Shown here in pieces: positions 9,103 to 19,200 of a stretch of 64,000 nucleotides of DNA. Made by a program: the position numbers and the translations under genes. This DNA comes from Cyanobacteriota bacterium (GTDB lineage Bacteria; Cyanobacteriota; Cyanobacteriia; Thermostichales; Thermostichaceae). The DNA is taken from assembly GCA_033764955.1 (NCBI GenBank), contig JANRIL010000044.1:1-64000 (forward strand). Direction: 5' to 3'. Numbering within the stretch: the stretch's first letter is position 1; each line of letters opens with the position of its first letter. Under the pieces are notes generated by a model. That model was given only the letters and a program-made list of their open reading frames with translations, did no database searches and was not told where the DNA came from.

Positions 9103-9303
9103 ATGAAGCCCTTAAGTGTCAGTATTCTGGCGGAGATTCCAGAAGAGTTGCACGATACCCTCAAAGGCTATCTTTCCAGCCATCCTGACTGGGATCAGGA
9201 TCGCGTGTTTACGGCAGCGCTCTCCCTGTTTCTCTTGCAAAACGGAGACACGGATCGGCGGGCGGCTCGCATCTACCTCAATAGTTTGTTTCAGCGCAGT
9301 TGA
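9103..9303 (+). CDS. DUF2811 family protein
   Basis: VSILAEIPEELH...YLSSHPDWDQDRVFTAALSLFLLQNG; GGAG at 9091. Confidence 0.9.
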   Translation: MKPLSVSILAEIPEELHDTLKGYLSSHPDWDQDRVFTAALSLFLLQNGDTDRRAARIYLNSLFQRS

Positions 9304-9365
9304 GTCAGAGCCTTGATCCGTGCTAAGAGGGATCCCGGAGCAGCAGGCAAGGGGGCAGTTGGCAG

Positions 9366-11108
9366 ATGGCAGGGGGTTTTGGCAAAAAGTGGTTATCGCC
9401 TGGGCAAATCCAAACCCTCCGCCAGCAAGCGAGCAGAGCGCTACAACAAAGGGATCTGGCAACCGCCATTCGGGTTTTGCAAGAGGCATTAGCGACCACT
9501 CGCTCGCTGCCTACCCAACAGGAGTTGCATCGGGATCTGGGGGATCTTTATAGACATCAGCAGACCTGGGATCCCGCGATTCGTCATTATCAAGAAGCCT
9601 TGCGCCTGCATCCCAACTCCCCTGAGCTGCTTTATCGCCTGGGTAATATTGCTGTAGCTCAGGCTCGTTTCAGCCTCGCCGTGGACTATTATCAACAGGC
9701 ACTCACCCTCAAGCCCCACGATCGAGCGGTACTCAGCAATCTGGCTCATGCGTTTTTGCAACTCCAACAACTGGATCAAGCCAAGCGCTGCTATCAAGAG
9801 TTGATTGCCCAGGATCCCCAAAATGTCGAATGTCTGGGTAGCCTAGCCCATTTGCTGATGACAGCAGGGCAGGTGGAGGCGGCAATTGAATATTATCAGC
9901 AGGCAATCTTGCTGGCTCCCACGGATGCCAGACTCTATAACAATTTGGGCAATGCCCTGCACAGCATCGATCGCCTGGATGAAGCCATTCTGGCCTATCA
10001 AAAGACGCTGCAACTCCGTCCGACCGATCCGCAGGCATACAACAATCTCGGCATCGTTCTGCAGGAAAATGGTCAGGTTGCCGAAGCCATCCATCTTTAT
10101 CAAGAAGCGATCCGCCGGGATCCCATCGCCGCCGCCGCTCACTATAACTTGGGGACTGCTCTTCTCTCCTTGGGAGACTGGGAGCAAGGGTGGCAAGAAT
10201 ATGAATGGCGCTGGATGCAGCCCCAGGCGACTCCCCGCGGCTTTGCTCAGCCTGTTTGGGACGGAACCGCCACCGCTTGCCTGTTGCTGCACAGCGAGCA
10301 GGGGTTGGGAGACACCCTCCAGTTTGTCCGCTATGTGGTAGAGGTACGGCAACGCTGTCACCGTCTGTTGCTAGAGTGCCAACCGCCGCTGGTCTCTCTC
10401 CTCAAAACCCTAGCGGAAGTGGATGAGGTCATCCCGCAGGGATCCCCTTTGCCCGCTTTTGACTGTCATGCCTCTCTGCTCAGCCTGCCCCGCATCCTGC
10501 AAACCCGCCTGGATAGCATCCCGCCCCCCCGCCCCTTTCAACTACCCTCTCCGCTTCCCCCCTTTACCGACCGGCTAGCCAACGATCCGACAGCCCGCAA
10601 AATCGGCATCGTCTGGGCTACAGGCTATCGCCCAGATTTGGATCTGCAACGCACCTATCGGCAAAAATCCTGCCCCCTTGGTTATTTCTTGGAATTGCTG
10701 GATTGGCCTTCCGTTGCCCTCTACAGCCTGCAAGTGGGTGGCAACGCCCCTGATTTGGATCCCTTCCTCCCCCACCCTCGTCTCCACCCTTTGGCTCCTC
10801 ACCTCAAAGACTTTGCAGACACAGCCGCTGCCATCCGCCAACTTGATTTAGTGATCAGCGTGGATACCGCTGTCGTGCATCTAGCGGGCAGCTTAGGGAT
10901 CCCCACTTGGCTGCTGTTGCCCTTTGCCAGTGATTGGCGCTGGTTAGTCAACCGCCGTGATAGCCCCTGGTATCCCAGTCTCCGCTTGTTTCGCCAATCA
11001 CAGGCGGGGGATTGGCAGGGTGTCTGGCAAGCGGTGAAGCAATCGTTAGCCCTGGAATGGACGCTCCATAGCAATCGGGATCCTAGTCACCCCATAGACT
11101 ATGCATAA
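9366..11108 (+). CDS. TPR-repeat protein with C-terminal glycosyltransferase family 9-like domain
   Basis: Multiple TPRs (YNNLGNAL...); EQGLGDTLQFVRY, DFADTAA, LDLVISVDTAVVHLAG, DWRW, SPWYPS. Confidence 0.9.
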   Translation: MAGGFGKKWLSPGQIQTLRQQASRALQQRDLATAIRVLQEALATTRSLPTQQELHRDLGDLYRHQQTWDPAIRHYQEALRLHPNSPELLYRLGNIAVAQARFSLAVDYYQQALTLKPHDRAVLSNLAHAFLQLQQLDQAKRCYQELIAQDPQNVECLGSLAHLLMTAGQVEAAIEYYQQAILLAPTDARLYNNLGNALHSIDRLDEAILAYQKTLQLRPTDPQAYNNLGIVLQENGQVAEAIHLYQEAIRRDPIAAAAHYNLGTALLSLGDWEQGWQEYEWRWMQPQATPRGFAQPVWDGTATACLLLHSEQGLGDTLQFVRYVVEVRQRCHRLLLECQPPLVSLLKTLAEVDEVIPQGSPLPAFDCHASLLSLPRILQTRLDSIPPPRPFQLPSPLPPFTDRLANDPTARKIGIVWATGYRPDLDLQRTYRQKSCPLGYFLELLDWPSVALYSLQVGGNAPDLDPFLPHPRLHPLAPHLKDFADTAAAIRQLDLVISVDTAVVHLAGSLGIPTWLLLPFASDWRWLVNRRDSPWYPSLRLFRQSQAGDWQGVWQAVKQSLALEWTLHSNRDPSHPIDYA

Positions 11109-11170
11109 ATCCCATATTTAGTGTTTAGTAAAAGATATTTTTAATATAAACACTACTGATAGATTTATGC
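11103..11170. repeat. 68-bp AT-rich imperfect inverted repeat
   Basis: Nested arms GCATAAATC/GATTTATGC, TAGTGTTTA/TAAACACTA and TAAAA/TTTTA. Confidence 0.7.
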
Positions 11171-11415
11171 CTAAAAAACATGAGGAATAAGCCTTGATTT
11201 GCAGCGCTCTCCGGTTCATTTTCTAAGGAAAATTTAGGGATTCAGTTAAAGCACGCATGTCCAATGCCACTATCCTTTGATAGACTCACAATTAATGATG
11301 ATATTTTTGTAAACTAATCTCTTCTAAGGCGTGTTTGGGCAACTTATGATGCCCTCTTGGCTTAAGAAGTCTTCCCTTCATTCTCTCACTTTAGTTGGCA
11401 AGTCGAGGTTCATCG

Positions 11416-11652
11416 ATGCTCATTCTTTCTCCTACCGATGTCCAACGCCATTTATCCATGACCACTGAGCAAGAGAAGCGTGAAGTGATTGTTTATCGCA
11501 GCAAACAATATGCCCTTAAGGATAGTTTTCAGACCCTCCAAGAGGCAACGGTTTCTTGCCGCTATTGGTTAGATCGGGGTGTATTTAACATCATTACGAA
11601 AGAGCCAGATTCTATCAAAACATGGGCTTTAACCGAAAAAACGGCTTCTTAG
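11416..11652 (+). CDS. Small hypothetical protein
   Basis: 78 aa, GAGG SD upstream of ATG 11416, globular-looking composition. Confidence 0.6.
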   Translation: MLILSPTDVQRHLSMTTEQEKREVIVYRSKQYALKDSFQTLQEATVSCRYWLDRGVFNIITKEPDSIKTWALTEKTAS

Positions 11653-11756
11653 ATAGACTTTTCCCCCGCTCGTTCCATAAGGGATCCACTTTCACCTTTC
11701 ATCTTTCCGGCGGTGGGGTTTTATCGAGACCACCCAACCGATGGGGGATCCCTACA

Positions 11757-12404
11757 TTAATGAGACGCTGCCAAAACCAATGGCTGCAAAAATTCATCAT
11801 CCAGCGATGTGTGGAGATAGCAGATACAGCCCCTCTCCGTGGTGAGGGTATGGACAGTGCCCGTTGGGATATAAAGATAGTCTCCCGCTGCCAAGGCTTG
11901 CCCATTCACACTTAAGTCCCCCCCTAGCATATAGATCTCTTCAGGGATAGGGTTGCGGTGCGCTGGATAACAAACCCCCGCCTCCGCTTTCAGCAAACAA
12001 CTAATACTCCGCGTTTCCTCATCGACATACAGTTGAACGATCTCTACCCCCTCCTGAAAGGGTTGCCAAACTTGCTCAGCTTGTCTGAGTGACGTTAACG
12101 CCGCTTCCCTATGATCCGCGATCCCCGTTTGGATCTGCTGCCACACTCGTTCCTTCAGATTGGGGTTGAGGGGCAACGGCGCTGTTTGATAGGGCCAAGC
12201 GGCTAAGACACTATCCGCAGATGCCGGCATCGCCGAGTTTGCTGCGCTACTCCATTCTGGGTCTATTTCTACATGGGTTTCTGAATCGAGAATGCCCAGT
12301 TGACAGAGGGCGCTCAGTGTAAATGCATCCGCTTCGACCATTGACCTCGCCAATGAACTTGGATTTTGATCATAGCCTGCTCCCTGGCTGGACTGGGTGG
12401 CCAT
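11757..12404 (-). CDS. ChrR-like cupin-domain protein (anti-sigma-like)
   Basis: PNLKERVWQ linker; LLKAEAGVCYPAHRN...EEIYMLGGDL...GDYLYIPTGTVH. Confidence 0.8.
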   Translation of the reverse strand: MATQSSQGAGYDQNPSSLARSMVEADAFTLSALCQLGILDSETHVEIDPEWSSAANSAMPASADSVLAAWPYQTAPLPLNPNLKERVWQQIQTGIADHREAALTSLRQAEQVWQPFQEGVEIVQLYVDEETRSISCLLKAEAGVCYPAHRNPIPEEIYMLGGDLSVNGQALAAGDYLYIPTGTVHTLTTERGCICYLHTSLDDEFLQPLVLAASH

Positions 12405-12463
12405 TGTCACACCTCTGACCAGGGATCCCACGCCCTAGCCGGATCCCCCAAAGCCCAGCTAGC

Positions 12464-12979
12464 TTAACAGCCCAGCGACTCACGGGTATCTCGTCCCGTC
12501 ACCGGATTGGTGCCACTAGCATACTTGCACAAAATATTCAGTCCATCTTGGCGAATCAGGGCATCCGTAAAGTCCGCCCCTTCAATTTGAGCATCCTCCA
12601 CCTTAGCCAGCCACATCAAACTATTTTCCAAAATGGCTCCCCGCAGATCTGCCCCCGCTAAGTTCGCCATATCGAGGGTGGCTCCCGTCAAGTTGGCCGC
12701 CTGCAAGTTGGCATGGCTGAGATTGGCCCCAAATAAATTGACCCCTGCCGCTTGAACATGGTTGAGGTCGCTTTGTCGTAAATTGGCTTTGACAAAGGAA
12801 GAGTCCCGCAAATCTTGCCCCGCAAAGTTGCGCCCTTGCAGGTCCTCTTTGGTAAAGTCAGCCGCCCAGACGGGGGTGAATGGACAACTCCACAACCACA
12901 GCAGGACAGCCATAATCACGAGCCAACCAGGGATCGCTGGTTGTTGGCGCATTGGCATCGGCTGACGGCGAACACCCAT
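12464..12979 (-). CDS. Pentapeptide-repeat protein (lumenal type)
   Basis: Signal peptide, A(N/D)Lxx repeats, C-terminal LC...ASGTNPVTGRDTRESLGC. Confidence 0.92.
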   Translation of the reverse strand: MGVRRQPMPMRQQPAIPGWLVIMAVLLWLWSCPFTPVWAADFTKEDLQGRNFAGQDLRDSSFVKANLRQSDLNHVQAAGVNLFGANLSHANLQAANLTGATLDMANLAGADLRGAILENSLMWLAKVEDAQIEGADFTDALIRQDGLNILCKYASGTNPVTGRDTRESLGC

Positions 12980-13124
12980 ACTGGTTATCCTGTGTGTTTT
13001 GGTTTTGTTGCAGTGGTCTATGGGGATGCCTGGAGGTCTGAAAATGGCTAGCCCCTCCTCTACATTTCACCAGAAAATAGGGATCCCTGACGCATTTCTC
13101 CGGCCATCTCCGTTATTTTTGCGC

Positions 13125-13451
13125 TCAAGAATCTGCCCGTTCCAAATCGGCCAGCCGAGCTTGCAACTGGCGAGCCACCATCGAAAAACCAGGCCGTTCA
13201 CCCAGAGGCAGGATCAGCATGGTCAAGATGCCCATCCCCATCCCCATCCCCAAGACCCAACCCAAAGGCAGGGCCACTGACTGGAGAGCAACAAACTTGA
13301 GGATGACCGCCTGTGGATGGGCGGCCACCAGGGTAGCCACGCAGACCAAGAGCATCACCATTCCCAGTAAATTGACAATAGCCATCACAGCAATCCAAGT
13401 TGAAAGGTTTTTGGGCAACAGTTGACTGACAGGGGAGACATCAGTAGGCAA
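13125..13451 (-). CDS. Hypothetical membrane protein (2 TM)
   Basis: Two hydrophobic segments plus a short coiled C-terminus; co-directional with neighbours. Confidence 0.5.
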   Translation of the reverse strand: MPTDVSPVSQLLPKNLSTWIAVMAIVNLLGMVMLLVCVATLVAAHPQAVILKFVALQSVALPLGWVLGMGMGMGILTMLILPLGERPGFSMVARQLQARLADLERADS

Positions 13452-13472
13452 ATTTTCCGGCAGGAGACGGGA

Positions 13473-14078
13473 TTAGGGATGGGGCAAAAAAATACGTTGA
13501 TTTCCTCCACTATCGTCAAATCCGACGCTGCCATATCCCAAGAAATAATCAAAAGGCCGCTCACCAACCGGCTGGGCGTGGATACCAAATAAATAAGTCC
13601 CGGAACGTTGGGGAGTCGAAATGGGATCCAGACCAATCGTGATCGTGGATCCCGCCGCAATCGCAGGGGTAAAGCGGATTTCAATCTGGGGACGTGCCTC
13701 TTTGGAAAGCGTCACCTCAGCCGGAATGGGAGGAGCTTCTGAATGCCAGCGGGATCCGGCCACCACACGGATCCGCTCAGGGCTGATCCGGAGGGCTTCC
13801 GGGTTCCGACTTTGCTCAATCACTACCGTTTGTAAGGCTTCTTCAGCATCGGCAGGTAGGTCGAGGGTAAACTGCAACGTTGCTCCGCGGGTGCGAGTGG
13901 TGCGGGGGCTGACGGAGCTATGGCTGAGGCGCGGCACCTCACGGAAATAGGTGATGCCACCGAGACCTTGCACCGCTAGGGCGGGATCCCCGACCAATAG
14001 GCTGCCACTGCGGCACAAACTGAGACTCATCACGGCCATCAATCCAAAACCAGCCCGCCGAGCCATCAACTGATCCAT
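13473..14078 (-). CDS. DUF2808 family exported protein
   Basis: Signal peptide; TYFREVPRL, FTLDLPADAEEAL, GTYLFGIHAQPVG...YFLGYG. Confidence 0.8.
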   Translation of the reverse strand: MDQLMARRAGFGLMAVMSLSLCRSGSLLVGDPALAVQGLGGITYFREVPRLSHSSVSPRTTRTRGATLQFTLDLPADAEEALQTVVIEQSRNPEALRISPERIRVVAGSRWHSEAPPIPAEVTLSKEARPQIEIRFTPAIAAGSTITIGLDPISTPQRSGTYLFGIHAQPVGERPFDYFLGYGSVGFDDSGGNQRIFLPHP

Positions 14079-14215
14079 GAGTTTTCTCCTGAATACTAGC
14101 CATGATTTGAGAAGATCCTCATCTAAAGCTGCTCTGGGTTGGGAAACTCCGTGCTTTAGGGGGGGGAGGATGTCAAAATAAGCATCGTTACCACATCCTA
14201 GCTATTCTTTATCTT

Positions 14216-15310
14216 ATGGTTGACGTTTTGGTGATTGGGGCTGGTATGTCTGGGCTGGTCTGTGCCCGTCAACTGATGCGTGCCGGACTGGATGTGGTGG
14301 TCTTGGAAAAGTCAGCCGGAGTGGGGGGACGGATGGCAACGCGGCGCATTACCCCCAGCCCAGGGGAAGCGGCGGTGATTGTGGATCATGGGGCACAATA
14401 CCTGACAACCGATACCGACGCCCTGCATCGCTTACTTAAGGAATGGCTGACCCTTGGCCTTGTGGTGGAATGGACTCGCGCGCTGCATATTTTGGATGAA
14501 ACGGGACTTCATCCCGACAGTGTGGAGAGGCATCACCCCCGCTATGTTTGTCCGGCGGGTATGACGGCTATTGCCAAGTATCTCGCGGATGCTTTAACTA
14601 TCCATACCCAAACTAAGGTGGTCGGGATCCACCTCGCACCGATGGGATGGCAAGTCACGACTGAGCAGGGCACCCGCTATACGGCGGCCAATTTGGTGAT
14701 GGCTTTGCCGGCTCCTCAAGTGCTGGAACTGCTGGCGGAGCTGTTGACAGAGGCTTCGGCGGCGATGAAGGGATTGCTGGATTCTGCCACTTATCTTCCC
14801 TGCTTGGCCGTCATGGCGGGCTATCCGTTAACCACTCCCCTGCCCAGTTGGAAAGGGATCTGTTGTCAGGGGGATGAAAAACTGGCCTGGATTGCCCTCG
14901 ACAGCAGTAAACGTCCCCAACCGGCTTCCCCGGTTGTGGTACTGCACGCTAGCCCAGAGTTTTCGGCACAGCACCTCGAAAAGGATACAGAGCAACTGCA
15001 AGCGGTGGGATCCCAACTCCTCAAACATGCGGCTCAACGGTTGGATCCCTGGTTGAGAACCCCGGTCTGGATGCAGGTGCATCGCTGGCGCTATGCTCTG
15101 CCGGAGGAGAGCGTGGGGATGGCGAGTCTTGCTACCCGCATGTCAGGGGGGGGATCCCAAACTTTTCCGTTAATCTGTGCGGGGGACTGGTGCGGGGGGG
15201 GCAAGATCGAAGGGGCTTGGTTATCAGGGCATGATGCCGCTGAACAGCTATTGTATGAATTAGGGATCCACACCATTCCCTCCCGCTTTTCCCCTGCCGG
15301 AGCCAGCTAA
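14216..15310 (+). CDS. Renalase-like FAD-dependent oxidoreductase
   Basis: VIGAGMSG, EKSAGVGGRMATRR, DHGAQY, HRWRYALP, GDWC...EGAWLSG. Confidence 0.9.
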   Translation: MVDVLVIGAGMSGLVCARQLMRAGLDVVVLEKSAGVGGRMATRRITPSPGEAAVIVDHGAQYLTTDTDALHRLLKEWLTLGLVVEWTRALHILDETGLHPDSVERHHPRYVCPAGMTAIAKYLADALTIHTQTKVVGIHLAPMGWQVTTEQGTRYTAANLVMALPAPQVLELLAELLTEASAAMKGLLDSATYLPCLAVMAGYPLTTPLPSWKGICCQGDEKLAWIALDSSKRPQPASPVVVLHASPEFSAQHLEKDTEQLQAVGSQLLKHAAQRLDPWLRTPVWMQVHRWRYALPEESVGMASLATRMSGGGSQTFPLICAGDWCGGGKIEGAWLSGHDAAEQLLYELGIHTIPSRFSPAGAS

Positions 15311-15425
15311 TCTGCTTCGCCATTGGTGTTAACAGGGGTGGTGAAGGCAACAATTTTTACGATTAACCCTAAAAGTCTGTGTCATAATATCAACTAATAT
15401 TTCCTTTCTGAGAGACGCTCCCCCT

Positions 15426-15629
15426 ATGGCTATTTCTCGCAACCGCAGCCGCGCCAGTTCTGAAGGCAATCCTCAAAAATTTATAGATATGGCCAGTGAA
15501 TTGTTTGGATCCCGTTCCTCCCAGGGAAAAGGCAAAACGGTCGCGGATCGTTCCTCCTATGCTTCTGCCGGAAATCCTAAGCAATTTCTAGATATGGCTA
15601 GTGAATTGCGCCGCCCCACCCAGTATTAA
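15426..15629 (+). CDS. 67-aa protein with two GNPxxFxDMASEL repeats (candidate phycobilisome-core-binding peptide)
   Basis: In-frame internal duplication 105 bp apart with codon-level divergence; TGnCATAAT at 15380-15388; hairpin at about 15660-15683. Confidence 0.75.
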   Translation: MAISRNRSRASSEGNPQKFIDMASELFGSRSSQGKGKTVADRSSYASAGNPKQFLDMASELRRPTQY

Positions 15630-15712
15630 TCAAATTCTGTGCATTGAAAATCCTGTGAAGGGCTAGTTGTGATGGCTAGTCCCTGGACAACTCCCACTGC
15701 TTCCCTTCACCC

Positions 15713-16015
15713 ATGCCGCACTTTCCCCCCTCTCCCCCCTCCCCTTCCGATCCATCCGGATCCCTGACACTTTTGCCGCCTTCTCAATATAAAACCTGTC
15801 GTATTCGCGTGCCCGACCAAGAGGGGTCCTTGGCTGCGATTCAAGCTAATGGTGAGTTTTACAGCTTTTTTCGGGTGGTCAACAATTGGGCAGAAGCAGA
15901 ACGGCTGGGATCCCGCCTTCAGAAGGCAGGGGATCGCCTTCAGATTACCCAGTTGCCCAAAGGACTAGCCATTTGGATTTGGGAGTCAGAGGCGATCGCC
16001 AAAAAATCACGATGA
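15713..16015 (+). CDS. Conserved-looking cyanobacterial hypothetical protein
   Basis: QYKTCRIRVPD...LAAI...FYSFFR...AIWIWE pattern. Confidence 0.7.
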   Translation: MPHFPPSPPSPSDPSGSLTLLPPSQYKTCRIRVPDQEGSLAAIQANGEFYSFFRVVNNWAEAERLGSRLQKAGDRLQITQLPKGLAIWIWESEAIAKKSR

Positions 16016-16291
16016 TTTAGCTCCATATCCGGTTGTTCCACTGAAACAACTGAAAATAAAGCTGAAAAACCCCGAACATTTTTACCCGCAATGACCTAGG
16101 GTGAGATGGGCTTTCTCCGCTACTCCTAACCAATGGTCTGCCTCCGTAGAGAACTATTCCCCCTTCTGTTTGCGGAATAGAGGCGTTAAAGCTATTAGCA
16201 AAATTCATCATCCAAGATAGTCATCCGCAAAACTTTTCTCCGAATCGCTGAAGTAAGATATTGGGTATTCTCCAGCAACGTAGGCAGTGAG

Positions 16292-19200
16292 ATGCACCCA
16301 CAAGAGCAGGATACCTGGCTGGGTAAAACTATTGGCGACGATCAGCGATATTTACTAGATGCCCTTCTAGGACAGGGCGGCATGGGTCGAGTTTTCAAAG
16401 CGATCGATCAACGTCTTTCCACACCAGAAAAGCTAGTTTATTGTGCGGTTAAATTTATTTTGGTAGATCTTGGTTCCGATGCGGGTGTAAAGTTGCGCTT
16501 TCAACGGGAAATGCAAACCTGTGCCCTATTGCGTCACCCCTATATTGTGGAAGCTCTAGATTGTGGGGTGATCCCCATGATGGTGGCAAGCCAGCGCAAA
16601 GAATTTCCCTTTTTGGTGATGGAATTGGTGGATGGTTCAACACTGAGCCAGGTATTGAAGCAAGAACGCAGACTGGATCCGAGACGAGCCGTTAAGATTG
16701 CCCGACAGGTGACTCAAGCATTACAAGCGGTGCATAAAGGAGTCATCTTAGATGGCAAGATCATGCGATTTATCCACCGCGATCTGAAGCCTGCTAATGT
16801 GTTTTTATTACACCCGCAAACCCCTCAAGAAACGGTTAAATTGGGTGACTTTGGCCTTGTAAAAGCCATCGGAGAATCGGGGGATCAAAACCTGACCCGC
16901 ACGGGCACATTTGCCGGATCCCCTGAATATTGTTCACCGGAACAATTTGAAGAATTTAAGGATGTAGACGCTCGCGCTGATATTTATAGCTTAGGCTGTA
17001 TTCTCTATCGCATGGTGAGTGGAACCAATCTCTTTAACCTGCCAGGAAAACTGAGTTTTTCCGAGTGGGTGACGGCTCATTACGAACACCCTGTGGCTCC
17101 TTTTCGTCCCGAACTTGGGATCCCAGAGGCTCTACAAGCGGTGATTTTTCGCTGTTTAGAAAAGGATCCTGAACAACGTTATGCCTCAGCACAAGCACTG
17201 GATCAGGCTTTAGCTGTGATTGCTCCCACCCTAACGGCGGCAACCTCTCCTGCTCCCCGCACTTTTGCCGGGGATCCCTCCCTCAATCTCACTTCACTGC
17301 CGACTCAAACGGCCCCAGCTTTGGATGAAATTGGCGAGATGTTAAATCGCTACTATCAATCCCGCAGCCTAACCGTACAAATTAAGCAGCAGGGTTCAGA
17401 GTTAGGTATTTTAATTAACCGACCGGACGAGGATCCGCTAGATTATCCCACCCTCACGACAGAGATTAGCCAGCACCTCGCCACCCTCAATTTAGAGCAT
17501 ATTGAGAAGGTAAAGCTGTTCAGCCGTCCACAAGGACGACATCAACCGGATTGGCAAACTCAGATTTCCTTAAATGCACTACATCCATCATCCACCCTTC
17601 CCCAACCGCGAGCTTCTGATCCGGAGTCACTCACCTCAAAATCATCACAAACTCTGGAGTCAGCTACTGATAAAGATAGTTTTAAGTTATCTGATTATTG
17701 TTTTGTGAGAAATCGCCTTTTGTTGACTACTTCACTTCCTGATCCAGAGGCAGAAGTGGGGCAAGCGATTCGCTTTTTTCATGAACTGTCCTTAGCTGAT
17801 CAAAAAATAACGCTAGAAGCATTGACCCATTTCTTTAAGAATTTACACCAACATAAACCTGAAGCTGAGAGCTCCTATCGTCTTCATTTGAGTTTGTTGT
17901 TACAGCAGTGGTTAGAAGGTTTGGAAAAGCTCAACGAGCGGCAACTGCAATCCGTGGCAATCTGGCTGAGCCGCTATTGCTTGGATCCTGAAAAAGTTTT
18001 ACCACGAGTGACGGCCAGCTTTTTAGCGGCCACTGAGGCGGCTGAGCTGGCAAAGCAGGATCCCAAACTTGTGGGTCGCAAGTCTCAACATCCTCAAAAG
18101 CTCAAACCAGAGAAAGTAATTTACTATGCTCGCTCCCATTGGATTATATTTATCTGGCCAACTCTGCTGGCTTGCCTACAACTTTTAGTTGCTTATCTGG
18201 AGTTGAATTTAACCCCCGTGGTTTTGTTGGCTTGGCTAGATGTGATGCTTAGCCCAACATTTTTGGCTTTATTTGTTATCTTGCCAATTCTTCTCTATCG
18301 AGCTATTGGATCCGTTTTCAAGTTGATTGCTCTGCTAGACCCAGTAAAGTGGTTAAGGACTTATCCCATAGCTATTGTCAGCACACTTGTCGTGATATTT
18401 TTAGGATTTTTGCCTGCTTTTTCAGTCCCCCCCATGTGGGTTTGGCCAATTATTTTGATCCTGATTTTTGTGGCATTTATTTTGCAATTTTATCAATCAT
18501 CTTGTGCGTATAACAGATCCATTATGGCTTTAACCGACCAGGGAAGAATCTTAATTAAATCTGGGGAAATCACCCCTCAAGATCTAATCAACCCTCAATT
18601 AGAATCCTTCCGAGCTGATGAAATTACTGAGATCAAAATCTCTCAGGGATCCTGGCAAAAATTGGCTGATTTTGGTTCTGTTCGTATTATGGCCGAAATG
18701 CGAAGTAGCCTCACTTTGTATGCAGTGGCGAATCCCCAGCAATTCAAATTAACCTATCAAAAGCAAATTGCCAAACTCCGCCAAGAGAAACAGAATTTAC
18801 AGATTTCCCAAACCATACAACGGGATCCCTGGATTAATCGGGAAATTGGTGTTAGCAATCGCTACCGTCTAGATTCCTTGATTGGTACGGGAGGCATGGG
18901 AAAAGTCTATAAGGCGTTCGATCAGGAATTGTATTTAACCGTTGCTGTCAAGTTTATGATGATTGATGGGCAACGGGATCCCGAAAGTCTAGGACGATTT
19001 GATCGAGAGATGAAAGCTTCCATCTATCTGCAAAACGATCGGGTGGTCAAAATACTTAACTCTGGGTTGATGACTCATCCTGAAACGGGTCAGGGATCCC
19101 TACCTTTTTTAGTGATGGAGTATATGGCAGCTCCAACCCTAGCCCAAGTTTTACAGCAACAGCCTAAATTTCCTGTGGCTCGCACCCTACATTTAATCAA

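Noticed and set aside
13228..13250. (CCCATC)n microsatellite
   Set aside because: Short, in frame (GMGMGMG), with no evidence of phase variation
16017..16211. 64-aa minus-strand ORF upstream of the dual kinase
   Set aside because: No recognisable motif or SD; it cannot be supported
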